A DNA stretch of 64,000 nt from Candidatus Marinacidobacterium sp. (GCA_965204755.1 OZ242011.1:3136001-3200000); one strand, 5' to 3'; shown: positions 41,343 to 52,154, counted from the stretch's first letter. Program-made: numbers and translations. The notes: generated by a model not told the origin, from the letters alone.

Positions 41343-42377
41343 ATGAACTCGAGAACCGGAAGCCGCCACGGCTCGCCGACAGCTGCGCCGGGCATCGCCA
41401 TCGCCGCCGTGCTGGCCCTCGCCGCCTGCGCCCCGCCCGCGGACGCCCCGTTCCCCAGCGGGCCCATCGAGATCGTCTCCTGGGCGACGCCCGGAGGCCC
41501 CAGCGACCTGCTCGCCCGCGCGCTCGCGGCGGCGGCCCCGGAGCACTTCGACGGGCAACGCGTCACTGTGGTCACGCGGCAGGGGGGGGCGGGGGCGGCG
41601 GGGATGCAGTACCTCCGGGGACAGGCCGGAGACCCGCATCGGCTCGGCGTCTTCACGGCCAGCGGCACGGTGAACATGGCGACCGGGCGGATTCCGTTCA
41701 CCACCGGGGACTTCAGCCCGATCCTCCGGGTCCAGGTGGATCCCTTCCTGATCGCCGTCCGCGAGGACAGCCCGTTCCGCGCGCTCCCGGACCTCTTCAA
41801 CGCGGCGGCCACGGCGGCCGGCGGCGCCGCGAACGCCGACCCGGATACGGGCGCCGTGTCCATTTCCGGGTTCGGGGCGGCTTCGGCGCACTTCCTCGGC
41901 TTCCAGCGGCTGCTCGCGGCGGCCGGGTCGCCGGACATCCGCTGGATCGCCTACGAGGGGTCCGGTGACGCGGTCGTGGCGGCGCTCGGCGGCCACACCG
42001 ACGCGGTCCACACGAACTACAACATCGTCCGCGAGCACTTGCGGGCGGGGACGATGCGCGTCCTGGCGGTGGCCCTCCCGCTGGAGGCGCTTCCCGACGC
42101 GCCCGCTTACGCCGACCTCGGCTTCGACCTCGCCCCGGTGCACTGGCGCGGCGTCGTCGGCCCTCCGGGGTTGACGCCTGAACAGCGCGGCGACCTTCGC
42201 CGCCGCCTGACCGCGACCATCGAGACGCCGGAGTTCCGGGAATACATGGAGCGCGCCGCGATGGAATACGCCACGATGGACAGTCCCGACGCCTTCGCCG
42301 CCTGGATGGCGGAGGAAGTCCGGACCAGCCGGGAGTTGCTCCGGCGCCTGGGCCTGCTCGACCGGGCGGATCCGTGA
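41343..42377 (+). CDS. tctC: Tripartite tricarboxylate transporter substrate-binding protein (Bug/TctC)
   Basis: Lipobox-like LAAC, FPSGPIEIV, PGGPSDLLAR, GGAGAAG, AALGGHTD, WRGVVGPPG. Confidence 0.88.
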   Translation: MNSRTGSRHGSPTAAPGIAIAAVLALAACAPPADAPFPSGPIEIVSWATPGGPSDLLARALAAAAPEHFDGQRVTVVTRQGGAGAAGMQYLRGQAGDPHRLGVFTASGTVNMATGRIPFTTGDFSPILRVQVDPFLIAVREDSPFRALPDLFNAAATAAGGAANADPDTGAVSISGFGAASAHFLGFQRLLAAAGSPDIRWIAYEGSGDAVVAALGGHTDAVHTNYNIVREHLRAGTMRVLAVALPLEALPDAPAYADLGFDLAPVHWRGVVGPPGLTPEQRGDLRRRLTATIETPEFREYMERAAMEYATMDSPDAFAAWMAEEVRTSRELLRRLGLLDRADP

Positions 42378-42883
42378 GCGGGGCGCGCCTCCGGGCGAGT
42401 CACCTCGTCGAGGCCGGCGCTCTCGCGCTCCTCGGCGCGGTCGTCCTGCTCGACGCCCGCGCCTACCCGCCGCCGCTGACCGAGGGGGCGCCCGGCCCGG
42501 CCTTCTTCCCCCGGCTGGCGGCGGCGCTGCTCATCGCCTGCGCGCTCTGGCTCGCCGTCCGCTCCGCCCGCGGCGGCGCCCGCTCCCCGGCGTCGGCCGC
42601 GGCGGCCGTCCCCGCCGGCGACGCGGGCCGACCCGGCGCCGGCGGCGGCCTCCCCGTCCGGCGCCGCGACTGGCGCCGGGTCGGGGCGGCGGCCGGGACG
42701 ATCGCCGCCTTCCTCCTCGTCCTGCCGCACCTCGGGACCCTCGCCGCGCTGCCGCTGCTGCTGTTCGGCCTGATGCGGCTCGCCGGGGAACGCGCCCGCG
42801 CCGTCCTCATCGCGGCGCCGCTGGTCTTCGCCGGTTTCGTCGTCCTCCTGTTCGAGGCCGTCCTCGGCGTTCCCCTGCCGTGA
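42374..42883 (+). CDS. tctB: Tripartite tricarboxylate transporter small membrane subunit
   Basis: GPAFFPR, four TMs and C-terminal FEAVLGVPLP. Confidence 0.85.
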   Translation: MSGARLRASHLVEAGALALLGAVVLLDARAYPPPLTEGAPGPAFFPRLAAALLIACALWLAVRSARGGARSPASAAAAVPAGDAGRPGAGGGLPVRRRDWRRVGAAAGTIAAFLLVLPHLGTLAALPLLLFGLMRLAGERARAVLIAAPLVFAGFVVLLFEAVLGVPLP

Positions 42884-42953
42884 CCACCTTCGTGACCGCA
42901 GCCGCGGCCGGGCGACGCCTCCCGGCGCCCCGCTCGACCCGGCGCTCCACCCC

Positions 42954-44441
42954 GTGACCCACCTCCTCGAAGGGCTGGCGACGGCGTTCTCCCCGCTGAA
43001 CCTCGCGGTCATCCTCGCCGGGAGCGTGCTCGGCGTCTTCGCCGGCGCCGCGCCCGGACTGAGTTCCACCGTCGGGCTCGCGCTGGTCCTCCCGCTGACC
43101 TTCGCGCTCGACCCGGCGCCGGCGCTGCTCATGATGATCTCGATCTACATGGCGGCGGAGTACGGGGGCTCCATCACCGCGATCGCCATCGGCGTCCCCG
43201 GCAGTTCCCCGGCGCTCGCCACCACCTTCGACGGTTACGCGCTCACCCGCCGGGGCGAGGCGGGCCGGGCGTTCGGCATCTCGCTGTTCGCGTCCATGAG
43301 CGGCGGCATCCTGGGAACGCTGCTCCTCATGGCGCTGCTCGGGCCGCTCTCGCGGGCGGCGCTCGCCTTCGGCCCGGCGGAGTACTTCGGGCTCGGCGTC
43401 TTCGGCCTGGCGGTGGTCGCCAACCTGGTGGGGCGCGACCCGCTGCGCGGCGTCGTCAGCGCGCTGCTCGGCCTCCTGTTCTTCGTGGTCGGTCTCGATG
43501 TCCTCACCGGCGCTCCCCGGCTCACCTTCGGCGCCGGGGCGCTCCTCGACGGTTTCGGCCTCGTGCCCATGCTCATCGGGTTCTTCGCCATCGGCGAAGC
43601 GCTCGGCGCCCTCGCCGGCGGCCGCGCGGACTCCTCGGGGAAAGCGCGGCTGGACGGCGCGCTGCCCCGCTTCCGGGAACTGCTTGGTCTGTGGCCGTCC
43701 GTCCTGCGCGGTTCGGCGATCGGGGGCTTCATCGGCGTCGTCCCCGGCGCCGGGGCGACCATCGCCTCCCTCGTCGCCTGGAACGAGGAACGCCGGGTCT
43801 CGAAGACGCCGGAGCGGTTCGGGCAGGGGGCGCCGGCCGGCATCGCGGCGCCGGAGGCGGCGAACAACGCCTGCGTCGGGGCTGCGATGATCCCGTTGCT
43901 GGCGCTCGGGGTTCCGGGTTCGGCGTCGGCGGCGGTGCTGCTCGGCGGACTCACCGTGCAGGGCGTGACTCCGGGGCCGCTGCTGCTCGCCGAACGCGCT
44001 TCGCTCGTCTATGCGCTCTACGCCGGGTTCCTGGCGGCGGTGGCCTTCATGTTGGTCGTCGGGCGGCTGGGCATTCCGCTCTGGGTGCGCGTGGTGCGGC
44101 TGCGCCCTTCGATCCTCATGCCGCTGGTCGTCGGCATCTCGCTGACCGGCGCGTTCGCGCTTCGCGGCAACCTCGCCGACGCCTGGTTCGCGCTGTTCTT
44201 CGGCGTCGTCGGCTTTGTTATGCTGCGGCGCGGTTATCCGCTTGCGCCGGCCGTGCTCGGCCTGATCCTCGGGCCGATGGTGGAGACGAACTACCGCCGG
44301 GCGCTCACGCTCTCTTCCGGTTCCCATACGGTGTTCGTCGAGAGCCCGATCGCTCTCGCCTTGATCGCGTTCGCGGTCCTGAGTTTCGCCGCGCCGGCGC
44401 TGCGCGGCCGTTTCCCGTTCCGCAGAAAGGCGACCGAATGA
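42954..44441 (+). CDS. tctA: Tripartite tricarboxylate transporter permease
   Basis: GAAPGL, YGGSITAI, PGAGATIAS, APEAANNA, LGLILGPMVE. Confidence 0.92.
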   Translation: MTHLLEGLATAFSPLNLAVILAGSVLGVFAGAAPGLSSTVGLALVLPLTFALDPAPALLMMISIYMAAEYGGSITAIAIGVPGSSPALATTFDGYALTRRGEAGRAFGISLFASMSGGILGTLLLMALLGPLSRAALAFGPAEYFGLGVFGLAVVANLVGRDPLRGVVSALLGLLFFVVGLDVLTGAPRLTFGAGALLDGFGLVPMLIGFFAIGEALGALAGGRADSSGKARLDGALPRFRELLGLWPSVLRGSAIGGFIGVVPGAGATIASLVAWNEERRVSKTPERFGQGAPAGIAAPEAANNACVGAAMIPLLALGVPGSASAAVLLGGLTVQGVTPGPLLLAERASLVYALYAGFLAAVAFMLVVGRLGIPLWVRVVRLRPSILMPLVVGISLTGAFALRGNLADAWFALFFGVVGFVMLRRGYPLAPAVLGLILGPMVETNYRRALTLSSGSHTVFVESPIALALIAFAVLSFAAPALRGRFPFRRKATE

Positions 44442-45838
44442 GCGCGACCGACGCCGTTACCCGTTTCCTCCTCGAAACCTCGCTCGAGGACTTGCCCGAG
44501 CCGCTGCTCGTCGAAGGCCGGCGCTGTGTTACCGACGGCGTCGGCGTGATGCTCGCCGGGACCACCGAGACCTGTTCCCGCCTGGTTCGCGACCTGCTCG
44601 CCGAGCAGGGAGGGGCGCCGGAAGCGAGCGTTTTCGGGAGCGAGCCGCCGCTGAGGGCGCCGGCGTCGCTCGCGGCGCGGGCGAACGGCACGGCCGGGCA
44701 CGCGATGGACTTCGACGACACGCAACTCTCGAACGCTCCGGACCGCATCTTCGGGTTGCTCACCCACCCCACCGTCGCGCCGCTCGCGGCCGGCCTCGCG
44801 GTGGGGGAGCGGGTCGGGGCGAGCGGCGCCGCGCTGCTCGAAGCCTTCCTCCTCGGTTTCGAGGTGGAGTGCAAGATCGCCGAGGCGATCCACCCGCGCC
44901 ACTACCGGGAAGGGTTCCACTCGACCGCCACCGCGGGAACGCTGGGCGCCGCCGCGACCGCGGCGAAACTGGCCGGCTTGGATCGGGACGGGATCGAGAT
45001 GGCGCTCGGCATCGCCGCGAGCCTCGCTTCCGGCATCCGGCTGGGTTTCGGGACGATGACCAAGCCGCTCCACGCCGGCCGGGCCGCGGAGAACGGCGCG
45101 CTGGCGGTGGACCTGGCGGCGCGCGGTTTCACTTCCGGGCGCAGCGGGCTCGAAGCGCGGTGGGGGTACTTCCGGGTCTTCGGCGGCGGTTTCGACGCGG
45201 AGCGCATGAATCTCGGCGATCCTTACACCCTGCTCGATCCGGGGGTTTCCGTGAAGATGTTTCCTTCCGGGAGCCTCGGGCATCCGAGCATCGCCGCCAT
45301 GCTCGACCTGGTGGAGGAACGGGATATCGCTCCGCGGCAGGTGGAGCGCATCGTCTTCCGCGCCGGCAAGAACATCCTGAATCCGCTCCGCTACCTGGAG
45401 CCGAAGAACGCGCTGGAGGCGAAGTTCTCCATACCCTTCGTCCTCGCCAGCGCGGTGCTGCGGCGGCGCGTCGGGATCCGCGAGTTCTCGGACGACTTCG
45501 TTCGTTCGCCGGAGGTGGTGGAGATGATGGGCCGCGTCTCGGTGGAGTTCGACGCGGAGATAGACGCCCGCGGCTACGACCGGATGCGGAGCGCCATCGA
45601 GGTGCGCCTCACCGACGGCGCGGTGGTTGCCGCCGAAGCGGACACCTATCCCGGCGGCCCCGAACGCCCGCTCACGCGGGACGAACTCCGCGCCAAGTTC
45701 CTCGACTGCGCCCGGCTGGTCCTCCCGGCCGAACGCGCCGAAGAGGCGCTGGCGCTGGTGGAGCGGGTGGACGACGCGCCCCGCGTCTCCGACCTGGCGA
45801 ACGCCCTGTCGGGCGCGGCGGCCGAGGTGGCTGCGTGA
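44438..45838 (+). CDS. MmgE/PrpD family protein
   Basis: ANGTAGHAMDFDD, GFHSTAT, FGTMTKPLHAG, AKFSIPF, KFLDCA. Confidence 0.9.
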   Translation: MSATDAVTRFLLETSLEDLPEPLLVEGRRCVTDGVGVMLAGTTETCSRLVRDLLAEQGGAPEASVFGSEPPLRAPASLAARANGTAGHAMDFDDTQLSNAPDRIFGLLTHPTVAPLAAGLAVGERVGASGAALLEAFLLGFEVECKIAEAIHPRHYREGFHSTATAGTLGAAATAAKLAGLDRDGIEMALGIAASLASGIRLGFGTMTKPLHAGRAAENGALAVDLAARGFTSGRSGLEARWGYFRVFGGGFDAERMNLGDPYTLLDPGVSVKMFPSGSLGHPSIAAMLDLVEERDIAPRQVERIVFRAGKNILNPLRYLEPKNALEAKFSIPFVLASAVLRRRVGIREFSDDFVRSPEVVEMMGRVSVEFDAEIDARGYDRMRSAIEVRLTDGAVVAAEADTYPGGPERPLTRDELRAKFLDCARLVLPAERAEEALALVERVDDAPRVSDLANALSGAAAEVAA

Positions 45839-47793
45839 GGTCCGTTCCTCCCGTCCGTCGGTTCTTTCCGGCCTTCCTGCTGCTCGGCGCCGCCTTCGCC
45901 GGCTGCGGGGAGGGACCGCCTCCTCCCGCCCCCGAACCGCTCTACGAGGCGGCGCAGGTTGAAACGAACTTCCTGTTGGAGATGCGCGACGGCGTCCGCC
46001 TCGCCACCGATGTGTATCGTCCGGCCCTCGAAGGCGTCCCCGTCGAAGAGCCCTTCCCGGCGCTCCTCCACCGCACGCCCTACGACAAGCGGTCGGAGCG
46101 CCTGGTCGAGCAGGCGCGGTTCTTCGCGTCGCGCGGCTATGTGGTCGTCCTGCAGGATCTCCGCGGCCTCTACTTCTCGGAAGGCGTCTTCCAGAAGTAC
46201 CACGAGTTCGACGCCCCGGACGGCTACGACACCATCGAGTGGATCGCCGGACTCGACTACACCCTCCCGGCGGTGGGAATGTGGGGCACTTCCTACGGCG
46301 CGCATACCCAGGCGGACGCGGCGAAGACCGCCCCGCCGGCGCTCGCCGCGCTGGTCCTCACCATGGGCGGTCTCTCCGACGCGTGGACGCACAAGGTCCG
46401 GAACCACGGCGCCTTCGAACTCGGCCAGCAACTCGGCTGGGCGCACAGCCAACTCGCCGCGGTAACCGATGAACCGAGCCTCCGCGAACGGTTGGAGCAG
46501 TCGTCCCCGTCCGATTGGTTCGACGACACGCCGTTCGCCAAGGGCGAAAACCCCCTCTCCGCGGCGCCGAACTTCGAGGACTACTACCTGGAGATGCAGA
46601 ACCGCGGGGACTACGACGACTACTTCCGCGGGATCGGCCGCAACTGGCGGGAGTACTACGAGGACACGCCGGACATCCCGATGCTCCATGTGGGCGGCTG
46701 GTACGACTCCTACGCGCCGGGCACCATCGAGAGTTTCGTCGAGTTGTCGCGCGCCCGGTCGTCGGAAGTGCGGCTGGTCATGGGCCCCTGGACGCACGCG
46801 GCCACCACCCGCTCCTACGCCGGGGATGTGGAGTTCGGCGCGGCGGCCGCTATTCCCGACTTCGCCCGCGAGTTCCACCTCCGCTGGTTCGACCGCCATC
46901 TCAAGGGGAGGGAGGACGCCGGCCCGCCGGCGGACTTCGCCGGTCTCGAAGGGGAAGCGGAGGCGCCGGCGGCGCTCTTCGTCATGGGGGGCGGAGACGG
47001 ACGCCGGGACGGGGACGGCCGCCTCTTCCACGGGGGCGAGTGGAGGTCGGCTTCCTCCTGGCCGCCCGCGGGAACCGCGCCGACCCGCTTCCACCTCCGC
47101 GCCGGCGGAAGGCTCAGCGAAGAGCCGCCCGGCGAGGACGAGGGTTCGACCGCGTACGCCTACGACCCGGAGCACCCGGTCCCGACGATCGGCGGCGCGT
47201 TCTCCGGAGCGCTGAAGCGCGGCGCCTACGACCAGCGCGAGCGGCTGTTCGTCTCCCTCCGCGGCGGCTCGGAGAACGGGTTTTTCGCCTCGGAGGTCGA
47301 GGGGCGCCGCACCGCGGACCGCCCCGATGTGCTCGTCTTCGAAACGGAACCGCTGGAAGAAGACCTGGTCGTAGTCGGCCCGGTGAGCGCCGTGCTCCAG
47401 GTCTCTTCGGACGCCCCGGACACCGACTTCACCGCGAAGTTGGTGGATGTGTATCCGCCGAGCGCGGACTACCCGGACGGTTTCGACCTGAACATCACCG
47501 ACGGGATCCTCCGCGCCCGCTACCGCGACTCCCGGCAGGCCGCGCCGCCGATGGAACCCGGAGAGACCTACGAGATCGAAATCCGACTCTTTCCCACCGC
47601 GAACCGCTTCGCCGCCGGCCACCGGATCCGCCTCGAAATCTCCAGTTCCAACTACCCGCGTTTCGACCGCAACCCGAACACCGGCGAACCCCTGGGCCGC
47701 CACACCCGAATGGTCCCCGCCGAAAATGTCATCCACCACTCGGCGACGCATCCCTCCGCCCTGATCCTCCCCCTCCAAGCCCCGCCCGACTGA
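45835..47793 (+). CDS. CocE/NonD family serine hydrolase, probable lipoprotein
   Basis: MRDGVRLATDVYRP, RTPY, GTSYG nucleophile elbow, GGWYD, GPWTH, ISSSNYPRFDRNPNTG. FAGC lipobox. Confidence 0.92.
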   Translation: MRSVPPVRRFFPAFLLLGAAFAGCGEGPPPPAPEPLYEAAQVETNFLLEMRDGVRLATDVYRPALEGVPVEEPFPALLHRTPYDKRSERLVEQARFFASRGYVVVLQDLRGLYFSEGVFQKYHEFDAPDGYDTIEWIAGLDYTLPAVGMWGTSYGAHTQADAAKTAPPALAALVLTMGGLSDAWTHKVRNHGAFELGQQLGWAHSQLAAVTDEPSLRERLEQSSPSDWFDDTPFAKGENPLSAAPNFEDYYLEMQNRGDYDDYFRGIGRNWREYYEDTPDIPMLHVGGWYDSYAPGTIESFVELSRARSSEVRLVMGPWTHAATTRSYAGDVEFGAAAAIPDFAREFHLRWFDRHLKGREDAGPPADFAGLEGEAEAPAALFVMGGGDGRRDGDGRLFHGGEWRSASSWPPAGTAPTRFHLRAGGRLSEEPPGEDEGSTAYAYDPEHPVPTIGGAFSGALKRGAYDQRERLFVSLRGGSENGFFASEVEGRRTADRPDVLVFETEPLEEDLVVVGPVSAVLQVSSDAPDTDFTAKLVDVYPPSADYPDGFDLNITDGILRARYRDSRQAAPPMEPGETYEIEIRLFPTANRFAAGHRIRLEISSSNYPRFDRNPNTGEPLGRHTRMVPAENVIHHSATHPSALILPLQAPPD

Positions 47794-47884
47794 TTGCGCC
47801 GGAAGCCGTCGGCGCTTGCCGCGGCGCGTGGGCGCGCCCTGCGTTTCGGCCCTCGACCTCGCGGGTTCGCGCGAGAATGCGCCG

Positions 47885-49123
47885 ATGTCGTTGGAACGGA
47901 GCGGGGCTCTTCGCCAAATCGCTTGGCGGTGGCACGTACACCCGGCGATCGCGGTTCGCGGCCCGCGGGGGTGCGGGAAGACCACGCTTGCCGAGCAGGT
48001 CGCGGCCGCCGAACCGGAGGCGGTCTTCTTCGACTTGGAGCGCGAGGCCGATCGCGTTCGACTGCGGGATCCGGAGGAGGCCATCGCGCCGTTGAGCGGT
48101 CTCGTCGTGATCGACGAGATCCAACGCATGCCGAGGCTGTTCAACGCCCTTCGCGTCCTGATCGACCGTCCGGGCGCGGCGACTCGATACCTGCTCCCCG
48201 GCAGCGTCTCGCCGAGGATCGTTCGGGGCGTGTCGCAGTCCCTGATCGGCCGTCTCGGCATCATGGATACGGCCGGATTCGATCTCGGAGAGGCGGCCGA
48301 GCGGCCCGGCGGCTGGCGGCGGCTCCGGGAGAGGGGCGGGATGCCGAACAGTTACCTCGCGCCTACGACTCGAGAATCCTTCTCGTGGCGCCGCGAGTAC
48401 ATCGAGAACTTCATGGAGGCTGATGTGGACGACCTCGGCCCGGGTATGACGGCCGCCGAACTCCGGCGCTGCTGGACGCTTCTGGCCGAGAACCATGGAC
48501 GGCTCTGGGACGCGGCTGCATTCGCCCGGGAACTCGGGATCGGTCGAGAGCAGGCCGGCCGCTGCCTGGACCTGCTCGACGGAGCGTTCGTCGTGCGGGT
48601 CTTGCCCGCATGGTTCCTCACCGTGAGGAAGAGGCAGGTGCGCTCGCCGAAGGTCTATGTGCGGGACACGGGGATGCTGCACGCGATGCTCGGTCTTTCG
48701 ACCGTCGAAGAAATCGCCGACAGCCCGAAGGCCGGAGCGTCCTTCGAGGGGTTCGTGATCGAGCAGATACTCGACCGCGTCGGCGAATGGCACGCATTCT
48801 TCTGGCGTACGCACGGTGGCGCGGGAGTCGGTCTCGTACTGAACTGGAGCGGCAGGCGGTACGGCTTCGATGTGAAGTACAAGGAGTCCCCGAAGACGAC
48901 GAAGTCCATGCGTATCGCCCTCGATGCTCTCGATCTCGAGCGTCTGTTCGTCGTCTATCCCGGCGCCGACCGCTACGACTTGGACGCCCGGATCGAAGCG
49001 CTTCCCGTGAAAGACATCGCCACCGTCCTGGAACGCCCGCCTTGGGAATCACTCGAAGAAACGGCCGCCGCGCGGCCGCCCTACGGCTGGCAGACCCGGG
49101 GCGCGCCGCCGCCGACGCCCTGA
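47885..49123 (+). CDS. AAA+ ATPase with DUF4143-type C-terminal domain
   Basis: GPRGCGKTT, VIDEIQR, RGGMP, SPKVYVRDTG, GASFEGFV, FWRT. Confidence 0.88.
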   Translation: MSLERSGALRQIAWRWHVHPAIAVRGPRGCGKTTLAEQVAAAEPEAVFFDLEREADRVRLRDPEEAIAPLSGLVVIDEIQRMPRLFNALRVLIDRPGAATRYLLPGSVSPRIVRGVSQSLIGRLGIMDTAGFDLGEAAERPGGWRRLRERGGMPNSYLAPTTRESFSWRREYIENFMEADVDDLGPGMTAAELRRCWTLLAENHGRLWDAAAFARELGIGREQAGRCLDLLDGAFVVRVLPAWFLTVRKRQVRSPKVYVRDTGMLHAMLGLSTVEEIADSPKAGASFEGFVIEQILDRVGEWHAFFWRTHGGAGVGLVLNWSGRRYGFDVKYKESPKTTKSMRIALDALDLERLFVVYPGADRYDLDARIEALPVKDIATVLERPPWESLEETAAARPPYGWQTRGAPPPTP

Positions 49124-49185
49124 CCGGTCGCGAGCCATCGCGACCCCCCGCCCGAGGAGCGGGACGATTGCCCGGAGAGGCCCCT

Positions 49186-49377
49186 CAGATACGGCGTGGA
49201 GGTGAAGTACACCGATGCCCCTCGCGTCACGCGCTCCATGCGGACGGCCCTCGCCGACCTCGACCTGGAGCGCCTCTACCTCGTGTATCCCGGCGAGGAG
49301 CGGACGACTTCGACGAACGCATCGAGGTCCTGCCGGTTACCGACATCCCGGCGCTCTGGCCGCCCTACGGCGGCTGA
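49186..49377 (+). pseudogene. Remnant 3' fragment of a second AAA/DUF4143 gene
   Basis: RYGVEVKYTDAPRVTRSMRTALADLDLERLYLVYPG, frameshift, DERIEVLPVTDI. This parallels RYGFDVKYKESPKTTKSMRIALDALDLERLFVVYPG...DARIEALPVKDI in the upstream gene. Confidence 0.75.
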
Positions 49378-49459
49378 GCCGAGTCCGTCGTCCGTCGCAG
49401 AGAGCCGATCGCTCGACCCCCGGCGCGGGATAGATTCCCGCTCCCGAGGGAGGTTCCCG

Positions 49460-50410
49460 ATGCGAACGAACTGCAGAAACGAACGAGACCGGCGCCGCGA
49501 CCCGCTCGTCCGCCGCGCGAAGTCCGGCCGAACCGCGTTGCGGCTGGCCCCGCTGCTCCTGTTCGGCTTCGCCGCCGGCGCGGCGGGGCAGGGGTACTTC
49601 ACCGTGGACGCCGGCGGTACGGCCGCCCGCGACCTGCTCATCGCGGTTTCCGGCGTGAACCATCCGACTCGCTGCGACACGCTGCTCTACGCGAACCCGG
49701 CGGACGCGCCCCGGGACGAGGCGTGCACGGCTTCCACGCCCCAGGAGTTGTTTCGGAGTCTGTTCCGTCCGGGCGCCGGTTTCGCCCTCGGCGGCGCGGT
49801 CGGTTACCGAGTGGGCGCCCTCCGGCTCGAACTTTCGGTGATGAGCGCCGGGGCCGGGGACGACGAGCGGCTGATCGCCACCGCTTCCGGCAACGACTCG
49901 GCCCTCATCTCGAAGGACAGCGAGTGGGATCCCGACGACCCTCCCTCCGAGACCTTCTCGGAAGTGCGCGTCCGCCGCGGGTTCGCCAACGCGATCCTCG
50001 ACCTGTCCAACCCTTCGCCGCTCACGCCCTACCTGGGCGCCGGGGTCGGCCTCGGCAGGGTCGAGGCGCGCTACGCCGCCCGCTGGCTGCGCCGCGCGGA
50101 TCTCGGCCCGGCGGAGTGGCAACGGAACGCCGCCGGGACCACCAGCCTGCTCGACACCCGCCTCCGGGAACTCCGGGTGGGCTTCCAGACGTTCGCCGGC
50201 ATCGCGTTCTCGCTGGGCGGCGCCGCCGCGCTCGACCTGCGCGCCCACTGGTCGCGCTTCACCGGGTTCACCGCGGCGGAGCAACTCTGGCGGCAGATCC
50301 GGGATCACGAGCCGGTGCAGGCGGACGGCGCCACCCCGTTCACCACGGATGTCGCCGTCGGTGACCTCGACCGCCTCGGCTTGACCTTGGGGATGCGCTA
50401 CTCGTTCTGA
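49460..50410 (+). CDS. Outer-membrane beta-barrel protein (opacity/OmpA-transmembrane-like)
   Basis: Signal peptide, [21 protein letters not shown] and C-terminal LGMRYSF beta-signal. GGAGG SD. Confidence 0.75.
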   Translation: MRTNCRNERDRRRDPLVRRAKSGRTALRLAPLLLFGFAAGAAGQGYFTVDAGGTAARDLLIAVSGVNHPTRCDTLLYANPADAPRDEACTASTPQELFRSLFRPGAGFALGGAVGYRVGALRLELSVMSAGAGDDERLIATASGNDSALISKDSEWDPDDPPSETFSEVRVRRGFANAILDLSNPSPLTPYLGAGVGLGRVEARYAARWLRRADLGPAEWQRNAAGTTSLLDTRLRELRVGFQTFAGIAFSLGGAAALDLRAHWSRFTGFTAAEQLWRQIRDHEPVQADGATPFTTDVAVGDLDRLGLTLGMRYSF

Positions 50411-50540
50411 CCGGCCCGGGGCCGCCGAACCGGGAGGACTACGGGCGGCCCCCGACGCGCTGCCCGCGCGCTCCCGCCGCGCTCCCGGCGCGCCTCCCGA
50501 GGCGGCGCGCGCCGCTCGTGCGAAACTCTTGGGCGCCGCC

Positions 50541-51917
50541 GTGCCCGAGACCGACTCCGCCCCCGACCCGTCCGCCGGGGCGCCGCCGGACTGGAAGTCC
50601 CGCCGTCCCCCCACGCTCTCGGCGCTTCGCCGCGCCGTCTCCGGCGAGTCCGCCCCGGAGGACGGCGCCGCCGCCACCGTGCGCGGCTGGCTCGCCGGCC
50701 GCCGCTCCTCCGGCAAACTCCTCTTCCTCCGTTTCCGGGACGGCTCCGGCGCGGCGCAGGTGGTCGTCGCCAAGGCCGCGGTCCCCGAGGACGACTTCGC
50801 CGCCGCGAAGCAGGCGCCTCTCGAGAGCGCCGTCGAAATCGAGGGCCGGGCCTTCGCCGAACCGCGCGCTCCCGGCGGGATGGAACTCCGCGCCGACCGC
50901 TTCCGCGTGCTCTACGCCGCGGAACCCTCCTACCCGATCACGCCGAAGGAGCACGGGGCGTCGTTCCTGCTCGACAACCGCCATCTCTGGCTGCGTTCGG
51001 GGAAGCAGCACGCGCTCCTCCGCGTCCGCGACGAAGTCCTGTTCGCCTTCCGCGAATACCTCCGCGAGCAGGGGTTCGTGAACGCCGACACGCCGATCTT
51101 CACGCCGAACGCCTGCGAGGGCACCACCACGCTCTTCGAAACCCGGTACTTCGACCAGCGCGCCTACCTGAGTCAGAGCGGCCAGTTGTACAACGAGGCG
51201 GTGGCGATGTCGGTGGGGCGCACCTACTGCCTCGGCCCCACTTTCCGCGCCGAGAAGTCCAAGACGCGGCGGCACCTCATCGAGTTCTGGATGCTCGAGC
51301 CGGAAGTGATGTTCGCCGACCTGGACGAGATCGTGGCCCTGGCGGAAGGACTCATCTGCCACGCGGTGGCGCGGGTCCTCGAAAACCGCCGTCCCGAACT
51401 GGACACGCTCGAACGGGACGCCGCGGCCCTCGAGACCGTCCGCCCGCCCTTCCCGCGGATGACCTACGACGAGGCCGCGGACCTCCTGGCGGGGAAGACC
51501 GACTTCACCCGCGGCGACGACTTCGGCGCCCCGGACGAGACCGCGCTGACCGAGGGGCGGGACCGGCCGCTGGTGGTGACCCGCTTCCCGACCGCGATCA
51601 AGGCGTTCTACATGCAGCCGGCGCCGGAGCGCCCCGACCGGGTGCTCGGCATGGACATCCTCGCTCCCGAGGGCTACGGCGAGATCGTGGGCGGCGGCCA
51701 GCGGATCCACGAACCGGAACTCCTGCGGGAGCGGATCCGCGAGCACGACCTCCCCGAGGAGGCGTTCGCCTGGTACGCCGACCTCCGGCGGTACGGGTGC
51801 CCGCCGCACTCCGGGTTCGGCCTGGGGATCGAACGCTTCGTCTCCTGGGTGGCCGGGATCTCCCACCTCCGGGAAGCGATCCCGTTCCCCCGGACCCTCT
51901 ACCGCCTCGCTCCGTGA
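50541..51917 (+). CDS. asnS: Asparagine--tRNA ligase
   Basis: [72 protein letters not shown]. Confidence 0.95.
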   Translation: MPETDSAPDPSAGAPPDWKSRRPPTLSALRRAVSGESAPEDGAAATVRGWLAGRRSSGKLLFLRFRDGSGAAQVVVAKAAVPEDDFAAAKQAPLESAVEIEGRAFAEPRAPGGMELRADRFRVLYAAEPSYPITPKEHGASFLLDNRHLWLRSGKQHALLRVRDEVLFAFREYLREQGFVNADTPIFTPNACEGTTTLFETRYFDQRAYLSQSGQLYNEAVAMSVGRTYCLGPTFRAEKSKTRRHLIEFWMLEPEVMFADLDEIVALAEGLICHAVARVLENRRPELDTLERDAAALETVRPPFPRMTYDEAADLLAGKTDFTRGDDFGAPDETALTEGRDRPLVVTRFPTAIKAFYMQPAPERPDRVLGMDILAPEGYGEIVGGGQRIHEPELLRERIREHDLPEEAFAWYADLRRYGCPPHSGFGLGIERFVSWVAGISHLREAIPFPRTLYRLAP

Positions 51918-51944
51918 GGAACGGCCCGGCCGGGAGTTCGTCCG

Positions 51945-52154
51945 ATGCGCCTGCTCCGCCTGCTGACCTTGGTCGGGTCACTCGACCGGCTCCGCCGCCT
52001 GGGGCCGCTGGCGTTCGGCAAGAGCCTGCTCGGGCCGATGAGCCTGCTGGGTCTGCTGGCCTCGTCCCCGGCGGCGCGCCGGCTGCCGGGGCGGGCGGTC
52101 CGGCGGCTGCTGGCGGTGCGGGAGGCGCTGCGCAACCGGCGGCCCCCCTCCTGA
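51945..52154 (+). CDS. Small Leu/Arg-rich hypothetical protein (69 aa)
   Basis: ATG with GGGAG SD, CTG-rich codon usage, fills the asnS-rimO gap. Confidence 0.45.
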   Translation: MRLLRLLTLVGSLDRLRRLGPLAFGKSLLGPMSLLGLLASSPAARRLPGRAVRRLLAVREALRNRRPPS

